The notes under the pieces: model-generated
Told to the model about the DNA's origin: nothing
Database searches by the model: none
What the model saw: only the letters and a program-made list of their open reading frames with translations
Translations under genes and position numbers: made by a program
Origin: an uncultured Anaerolineales bacterium
Lineage (GTDB): Bacteria; Chloroflexota; Anaerolineae; CG2-30-64-16
Direction: 5' to 3'
Length of the DNA stretch: 64,000 bases
NCBI GenBank assembly: GCA_964513075.1
Contig: CAZELR010000002.1
Span: forward strand, 1,205 to 65,204
In this document: piece after piece, positions 58,465 to 64,000 of the stretch
Layout: every line of letters starts with the position of its first letter
How positions within the stretch are numbered: the first letter of the stretch is position 1

Positions 58465-61317
58465 TTACTCTACAAACACAATCACTTCCGCGCTCCGCAC
58501 CTCCTGCCCATCCGCCAGGCGCGCGATAGCCTGGAAGGTGTGTTGGCCCTTGACTAACGTCCACCAGGCGGTGTGCTCCGGACCCGGCGCAGGGGCCAGG
58601 GGTGCGCCGTCGGCCCAGAGAACGATCGTGCCATCCAGGCCCGGCGCCGCCAACGCAGTGATCGGGATCGCCTGCGCGCTGAGCGGCAGCCCCGGGTTGA
58701 TGCGATAGGTGCGGTTGGGATCAGGGCTGGTCAGTCGAAGGTTAAAGGTTGAAGGTTGAAGGTCGGATGCTCGGTTTTGGATTTTGGATGGCACAGTTTC
58801 CAGTCCGCCATCCGCCATCTGCCATCTGCCGTCTGCCAGTTGCGGGATGTTGTTGGCTCGGGCCCAAGCCTGGTATGTGGGCGGAAGCTGCCAGATCGTC
58901 TGCGGTGCGACGTGTTGGGGTGGGGTCGTCTCGTCAGCGGGCTGGCCGGTGCGGGTGTCGATCAGTACGCGCAGGTGCGAGCGGTCGACCTCGGTGGGTT
59001 CCGTCCCCGCGATGAACCATTCCAGGCGGCGTTGGGGGCAGGGGATGGTGGATGGTTGACGTCGGGGGTTGGATGTTGGATCTTGTAGGCTGCCGCTGCC
59101 CTGCACCCCTGCACCCTTGCTCCCCTGCTCCCCTGCTTGCATCGGCAGCAGCCCCGAGTCCGCGCACACCTCCACCTGCACCAGGCCGTCGGGGATCTCG
59201 AAATCGCTGGCGGGGATATCGCGCAGCACTGCGAGCATGAAGTCGCGCCAGATGGGGCCGGCGCCGCTGATGCCGCTGACATCCTTCATGGGTGTGTTGT
59301 CCGCGTTGCCCACCCAGACGCCGGCGACCACTGCCGGTGTGTAGCCCACGGTCCAGTTATCGCGCCAGTCGGTGGAGGTGCCGGTCTTGGCCGCGGCCGG
59401 CCGGCCCAGCTCTAGCACGTTGCCCCGCCCGAACGCCGGCAGCCGCGCGTTGTTGTCGCTGAGGATGTCGGTAATCAGGTAGGCGACGCGGGGATCCAGG
59501 GCCATGGTTGAAGGTTGAAGGTTGAAGGTTGAAAGATCTGAACCTTTAACCTTCAACCTTTCAACGTGTGACCCGCTCTCGTAGATCGTCTCGCCATCCA
59601 AACTCTCCACCCGCTCAATAGCGTAGGGCCTGACGCGCTGGCCGCCGTTGGCGAATGCGGCGTAGGCCGCGGTCAAATCGAGCAGCCGCACCTCGCCGCC
59701 GCCGAGGGTCAACGATAGACCGTAATGGGTTGAAGGTTCAAGGTTCAAGGTTGAAGGTTGACTCGCGGATGTGGACTGCGAAGCATCAGCCTGTGCCCCC
59801 TTGCCCACTGCCCCCTGATCACTGTCCCCTGACCCCTGACGACTGACCACTGACCGCCGTCCACTGCCCTCTGCTTCCCACGGAATCCCCAGCCGCGCGG
59901 CCTGCTCGACCAGTGCGTCGATGCCGATGTGGTCCAGGGTGATCACGGCGGGAATATTGTAGGAATTGGCCAGCGCGGCGCGCACCGAGACGGGGCCGTG
60001 GTAGATCCGGTCGTAATTGTTGGGGACATACGGCTCGCCTTCAGCGGTCAGAAAGGCGGTTCGCAAGTCGGCGATCACTGTGGCCGCGGTCCAGGGCGCC
60101 TGGCCAACTGCCCGGCTGCGTTCGGGGTCCAGCGCGGCCGCGTAGGTGAGCGGTTTGATGGCGGAGCCGGGCTGGCGGAGGCTGAGGCTGGCATTGACCG
60201 CGCCGCTGATCGCCGGGGCGAAATAATCCGGGCTGCCCACCATGGCCAGCACCGCGCCGGTAGCGGGATCGACCGCCACTAATGCGGCGTTCTCGGCGCG
60301 GCGCGCGGGATCGGCGGCCGCGTCACACGTCACGCCGGGGACCGCGTTGGGAAGCGACGCGCAGGGGCGGAGCTGTGCCAGCCGGCGCTGTACGGCATCT
60401 TCGGCCGCCTGCTGCCAGTCGAGGTCAAGAGTGGTGGTTACCCGCAGGCCGCCGAGGCTCAGTTGCTCTGCAGATAGCAGCGATTCAAGTTGGCCCTGCG
60501 CCCACATCACGAAGTGCGGGGCGGCGATCGGAAAGGGGGTGCCGGCATAGGCCAGGCGTTCCCTTTTTGCGTCCTGAGCTTGGCCTGGAGTAAGGTACCC
60601 TTGCTCGATCATCAGCCTCAGCACCGTGGCCTGCCGCTCCTGCGCGATCTCCGAGTTTTCGATGGGATTGTAGCCGGCCGGGTATTGCGGCAGCCCGGCC
60701 AGCAGCGCGCACTGGGCCAGGTCCAGCTCAGACGCATGCATGCCGAAATAGGCCTGGGCCGCGGCCTCGATCCCCACGGCAAAGTGGCCGTAGTAAGTGT
60801 CGTTCAGGTACAGCGCAAGGATCTCGTCTTTGGAGTACCGCGTCTCCAGCCGCAGCGCCAGCCATGCCTCGCGCAGCTTGCGCCGCAGCGTCTGTTCGTT
60901 TCGCTCTTCGGCAGATAGGTACAACGTGCGCGCAACCTGCTGGGTAAGCGTGCTGGCTCCCGACATGGCGCCGCCGCGCCAATTTTGCCAGGCAGCGCGG
61001 CCGATCGCGATGAGGTCCACGCCCGGATGCTCGTAGAAGCGGCTGTCTTCGGTGGCGACCGTAGCCTGCTGGCAGGCCAGGGGAATCTGATTTAGCGCCA
61101 GCGGTATGTGCTTGCTGCCAGCCGGGTCGATCACTTCGTAGAGCAAGCGATCGTGGCGGTCGGTGATCAGGATGCTGGACCTGGCCGCGGGCGCGTCAAT
61201 GTTGCCCGTTGCCCGGCCCGGGTCGGGCAGGTCGGCCAGCAGGACAAAGTAGCCCAGGAGCGCGCCAGCCAGCAACGCTCCCAGGGGGGCCAGGTGCCAC
61301 CAGCGAACGCGATGCAT
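58465..61317 (-). CDS. pbpC: Penicillin-binding protein 1C-like bifunctional transglycosylase/transpeptidase
   Basis: GT51 motifs (ATEDSRFYEHPGVD, GASTLTQQ, RKLREAWLALRLE); transpeptidase SxxK region (GSAIKP); C-terminal PbpC-like domain; several repeat-encoded in-frame inserts. Confidence 0.85.
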   Translation of the reverse strand: MHRVRWWHLAPLGALLAGALLGYFVLLADLPDPGRATGNIDAPAARSSILITDRHDRLLYEVIDPAGSKHIPLALNQIPLACQQATVATEDSRFYEHPGVDLIAIGRAAWQNWRGGAMSGASTLTQQVARTLYLSAEERNEQTLRRKLREAWLALRLETRYSKDEILALYLNDTYYGHFAVGIEAAAQAYFGMHASELDLAQCALLAGLPQYPAGYNPIENSEIAQERQATVLRLMIEQGYLTPGQAQDAKRERLAYAGTPFPIAAPHFVMWAQGQLESLLSAEQLSLGGLRVTTTLDLDWQQAAEDAVQRRLAQLRPCASLPNAVPGVTCDAAADPARRAENAALVAVDPATGAVLAMVGSPDYFAPAISGAVNASLSLRQPGSAIKPLTYAAALDPERSRAVGQAPWTAATVIADLRTAFLTAEGEPYVPNNYDRIYHGPVSVRAALANSYNIPAVITLDHIGIDALVEQAARLGIPWEAEGSGRRSVVSRQGSGDSDQGAVGKGAQADASQSTSASQPSTLNLEPSTHYGLSLTLGGGEVRLLDLTAAYAAFANGGQRVRPYAIERVESLDGETIYESGSHVERLKVKGSDLSTFNLQPSTMALDPRVAYLITDILSDNNARLPAFGRGNVLELGRPAAAKTGTSTDWRDNWTVGYTPAVVAGVWVGNADNTPMKDVSGISGAGPIWRDFMLAVLRDIPASDFEIPDGLVQVEVCADSGLLPMQAGEQGSKGAGVQGSGSLQDPTSNPRRQPSTIPCPQRRLEWFIAGTEPTEVDRSHLRVLIDTRTGQPADETTPPQHVAPQTIWQLPPTYQAWARANNIPQLADGRWQMADGGLETVPSKIQNRASDLQPSTFNLRLTSPDPNRTYRINPGLPLSAQAIPITALAAPGLDGTIVLWADGAPLAPAPGPEHTAWWTLVKGQHTFQAIARLADGQEVRSAEVIVFVE
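58735..58848. repeat. GGTTGAA heptamer array plus ggattttggatgg and ccgccatctgcc mini-arrays, family B, inside pbpC
   Basis: Related copies at 59506-59566 (perfect hairpin), 59727-59762 and 62748-62862, and near 7723-7760 and 39721-39740. Confidence 0.7.
59506..59566. repeat. Family B perfect hairpin (ggttgaagg x4 / ccttcaacc) inside pbpC
   Basis: ggttgaaggttgaaggttgaaggttgaaagatctgaacctttaaccttcaacctttcaac. Confidence 0.75.
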
Positions 61318-61391
61318 TGTATTCTATAAACGTTATTCGGCGGCATAAGTTCCGGGCTATCCTGTAGGGGCGAGGTCACCTTGTCCCTACA

Positions 61392-61781
61392 TCACCACTC
61401 GAAATTTCCCGCGTGTGTGTCCCAATTGACGCCTTGCAGATGGGCGGCCACGTGGGTTAAGACGTCGGTCGGGAACTCGTCCGCATACCAGCAAACGGTC
61501 AGCTCGGAAGCCTCGCCTTGCGTGCCTCGCAGGGGTTTGTCTGAAGAAAGCTGCGCGATAAAGGTCAACGCCGGCAGGTCACCGGCCGGCGGTTCAAGCA
61601 GCAGGAAGGGCGTGTCCTCACCGCTGACAGCCGTAACGCGCTCGAAGGGGATGTCAAGCAGCATCAGGCGGCGGTCTTCGGGCGTGCCGCCCTCGACTTC
61701 AAGATAGGTGTCTTCGATGATCAGCCGGTCCAGGCGGACGATACGATCCGTGGCCAGGGTGATGATGGGTGCGTTGCTCAT
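61392..61781 (-). CDS. Hypothetical soluble protein
   Basis: 129-aa ORF upstream of pbpC with coding-like codon usage and no recognisable motifs. Confidence 0.4.
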   Translation of the reverse strand: MSNAPIITLATDRIVRLDRLIIEDTYLEVEGGTPEDRRLMLLDIPFERVTAVSGEDTPFLLLEPPAGDLPALTFIAQLSSDKPLRGTQGEASELTVCWYADEFPTDVLTHVAAHLQGVNWDTHAGNFEW

Positions 61782-61906
61782 GGTTATCCTTTTTGTACGG
61801 TTGTTTTTATCATCGTTTCAGATGGCATCGGGCTGAACCTCCTGGAAAAGGAAGATCGGACCATCAGTTTAGCACCGATGGCCCGATCTGTCACACTGAG
61901 AGCCGG

Positions 61907-62479
61907 TTATTTCTTCAGTCGGCTCAGATACTTCTGGCGGAACTTCGCCACCTTGGGTGCAATGATGATCTGGCAGTAGCCTTGTTCGGGGTGGCGTGCA
62001 AAGTATTCCTGGTGATATGCTTCGGCCGGGTAGAAAGCGGTAAACGGCGTCACCTCGGTGACGATCTTGCGCGGCCAGATGCCTTCGGCCTCCAGATCGC
62101 GTATCACCTGCTCGGCGATTGTCTGCTGCACCAAGCTGTGGACAAAGATAGCAGAGCGGTACTGGGTGCCCACGTCGGCGCCTTGCCGGTTCAGCGTCGT
62201 CGGATCGTGGATGGTGAAGAACACCTCCAGCAGCTCACGGTAGCTGACGACCTGGGGATCGAACGTGATCTGCACCACCTCGGCGTGCCCGGTCGCGCCC
62301 GTACAAACCTCCTCGTAGCTCGGATTCGGCCTGAGGCCGCCGGCATAGCCCGAGACCACGTCCTTCACCCCGCGGAGATCGTCATAGATCGCTTCCAGGC
62401 ACCAGAAGCAGCCGCCGGCCAGGGTGGCGACTTCTTCACCCTGTGCCGGATTGGTCGTCGATTCAGTTTTGTCGATCAT
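61907..62479 (-). CDS. msrA: Peptide-methionine (S)-S-oxide reductase
   Basis: Catalytic GCFWC motif; MsrA length. Confidence 0.9.
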   Translation of the reverse strand: MIDKTESTTNPAQGEEVATLAGGCFWCLEAIYDDLRGVKDVVSGYAGGLRPNPSYEEVCTGATGHAEVVQITFDPQVVSYRELLEVFFTIHDPTTLNRQGADVGTQYRSAIFVHSLVQQTIAEQVIRDLEAEGIWPRKIVTEVTPFTAFYPAEAYHQEYFARHPEQGYCQIIIAPKVAKFRQKYLSRLKK

Positions 62480-62541
62480 AACACCTCACATTCTGACATG
62501 ATGGATTTGTGTGGGCAGTATACCATCCGGCAGCCGCTCTG

Positions 62542-64000
62542 TCAGTGGACAAGCTTACCGGATTCCGGCTCGGCCGCAACCAAATCGGCGCCACTGGCGT
62601 CTGTCCAAAGCCGGCGCATCCCCTCCGACGTTGCCAGCAGTTCATCCAGCGTGCCTTCGGCTTCCACGCGGCCATCCAGCAGCACGATGATGCGATCGGC
62701 CCGGCGCAGCACCGCGCGGCGGTGGGAGACGGCAAGAACGGTCGCGGGGGTTGAAGGTTGGAAAGTTGAAGGCGCAAGGTCGTCATCACCCCCCGAGCCT
62801 TCATTTCCGTCTTTAAACCCTGAACCTTCGACCTTAAACTTTGAACCTTGAACCTTCAACCCCACGCGCTCCCACAGGATCTCCTCCGTCTGCACGTCCA
62901 GCGCGCTGGAGAGGTCATCGAAGACCAACAGCTCAGGCGCGCGCGCGAACATGCGCGCCGCGGCTGCGCGCTGCACCTGGCCGCCGCTCAGCCGCACCCC
63001 GCGCGGTCCGACGAGGGTGTCCAGGCCATGCTCCAACGTGGCGATGTCGGGTTCCAGCACCGCGCGCCAGATGGCATACTGTATCTCACCCTCTATCCCC
63101 ATCAGTACATTCTCTCGCAGCGTCGCGCTGAACAGGCGCGGCACCTGGGCGGTGTAGGCGGCGCACGGCCGGCCCCGCGGCGGCGAAGCCAACAGCGCGG
63201 CCGGATCGACCACAGGCTCGCCGTCCCACACGATCTCGCCCGCGTCGCGGGCCAGCAGGCCCAGCACGGCGCGCAGCAGCGTCGTCTTGCCCGAGCCGAT
63301 CTGCCCGGTGATGACCACGAAGCTGCCGCGGGGCACGCTGAAGGTGACGTCCCGCACGCCGCGATCGGCACCTGGATGGAAACAGGTGAGGTGGCGCACT
63401 TCCAGGAGGGGCGGCAGAGGCCCAGTTCCGGGAGAAGACGGCGTCACCCTGAGCGAGTCTGCGGCGCAAGGTTGGCTGCGGCTCAAGCTCAGCGAAGGGT
63501 CTTGTTGGCCGGGTTGAGATCCTTCGCTGGGGTCTCGGCGTGACTGCTTTTGGGCCGACAACCCGCTCAGGGTGACTTTCTGGTGGGTCATGGGGTGATG
63601 TTCCACCAGTACCTCCGGCGGCTCATCCGGGATCAGTTCGACCAGGCGGCTGATGGCCACCTCCTGCTGCTTGATGTCGCCGACGAAGCTGCCCAGGTAC
63701 GACGGTAGGTCGGTGGTGAACCACAGGTAGTAGGTGAACAGCGCAAAGTCACCCACGGTGAACGCACCCTGTGTCATCGCCTGCCCCGCCAGCAGCAGCA
63801 TCACCCCAACACCGACCACGACTGCGATGCTGTTCATAGAGAAGGCGAGCTCTTCCAGCACCGCGGCCCGGATCGTGGCCCGGCTGCGCGTCTCGGCCAG
63901 CCGGCTGAAATGGGCGACGGTGTGCGTCTCGGCGCCGGCCACTTTCACCGCCTGGACCGCGCCGAACAGCTCGGCTAGGAAGCCGATCACCGCGTCCCCG
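62542..64000 (-). CDS. ABC exporter, fused permease/ATPase; N-terminus outside the window
   Basis: Walker [10 protein letters not shown], signature LSGGQVQR, Walker B LLVFDD; ORF remains open at the window edge; carries a repeat-encoded in-frame insert before the H-loop. Confidence 0.8.
   Translation of the reverse strand, partial: GDAVIGFLAELFGAVQAVKVAGAETHTVAHFSRLAETRSRATIRAAVLEELAFSMNSIAVVVGVGVMLLLAGQAMTQGAFTVGDFALFTYYLWFTTDLPSYLGSFVGDIKQQEVAISRLVELIPDEPPEVLVEHHPMTHQKVTLSGLSAQKQSRRDPSEGSQPGQQDPSLSLSRSQPCAADSLRVTPSSPGTGPLPPLLEVRHLTCFHPGADRGVRDVTFSVPRGSFVVITGQIGSGKTTLLRAVLGLLARDAGEIVWDGEPVVDPAALLASPPRGRPCAAYTAQVPRLFSATLRENVLMGIEGEIQYAIWRAVLEPDIATLEHGLDTLVGPRGVRLSGGQVQRAAAARMFARAPELLVFDDLSSALDVQTEEILWERVGLKVQGSKFKVEGSGFKDGNEGSGGDDDLAPSTFQPSTPATVLAVSHRRAVLRRADRIIVLLDGRVEAEGTLDELLATSEGMRRLWTDASGADLVAAEPESGKLVH
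62748..62862. repeat. Family B hairpin with large loop inside the ABC transporter gene
   Basis: ggttgaaggttggaaagttgaagg ... ccttcgaccttaaactttgaaccttgaaccttcaacc. Confidence 0.7.

Noticed and set aside
58735-59878. Possible CRISPR array suggested by recurring GGTTGAAGG units
   Set aside because: Units are 7-bp tandem or inverted copies without unique spacers of regular length, and lie inside a continuous pbpC ORF; not CRISPR architecture

Overview
The window is a high-GC (about 65%) bacterial chromosomal segment with strong GGAGG-type ribosome-binding sites and a long Bacillus-type SRP RNA, which is consistent with a Chloroflexota-like genome (inference only). It is core genome: I see no integrase, transposase, CRISPR array or phage genes.

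Main content, left to right:
- a PfkB kinase gene;
- a minus-strand aromatic amino-acid supraoperon, 5' to 3': pheA (AroH-type chorismate mutase fused to prephenate dehydratase) - DAHP synthase - tyrA - aroA - aroE - tyrS - aroC - aroK/aroB fusion;
- hslO, then glnA (glutamine synthetase type I);
- a DUF1697 gene translationally coupled to a SAM methyltransferase gene;
- an acyltransferase-like gene coupled to an MFS transporter gene;
- a C69 dipeptidase and a standalone metacaspase;
- a glnE adenylyltransferase carrying tandem ACT domains;
- a System I cytochrome c maturation cluster (ccmF/ccmG/ccmH) flanked by two zinc-ribbon membrane proteins;
- a LysM L,D-transpeptidase, an NAD-dependent epimerase, aspS and an MBL-fold hydrolase;
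- a GT-C-like membrane protein and a cyclodeaminase;
- an hsp20-lon operon;
- a PHP + AlbA_2 + lysine-rich-tail protein;
- a DPPR-synthase-like UbiA prenyltransferase;
- a Na+-translocating methylmalonyl-CoA decarboxylase operon (mmdA - oadG-like - BCCP - mmdB);
- two tRNA-Ser genes and the SRP RNA;
- an NfeD/SPFH pair and a HAD hydrolase;
- a bacterial alpha-2-macroglobulin paired with PBP1C;
- msrA and a truncated ABC exporter gene.

The most unusual feature is that several families of short tandem and palindromic repeats are inserted in-frame inside the housekeeping genes aroB, aroC, aroA, aroE, glnE, pbpC and the ABC transporter, and also sit in intergenic gaps. A Phe/Tyr-rich leader peptide followed by an intrinsic terminator precedes pheA. 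A terminator-like hairpin sits in the unavoidable 5' leader of glnA.
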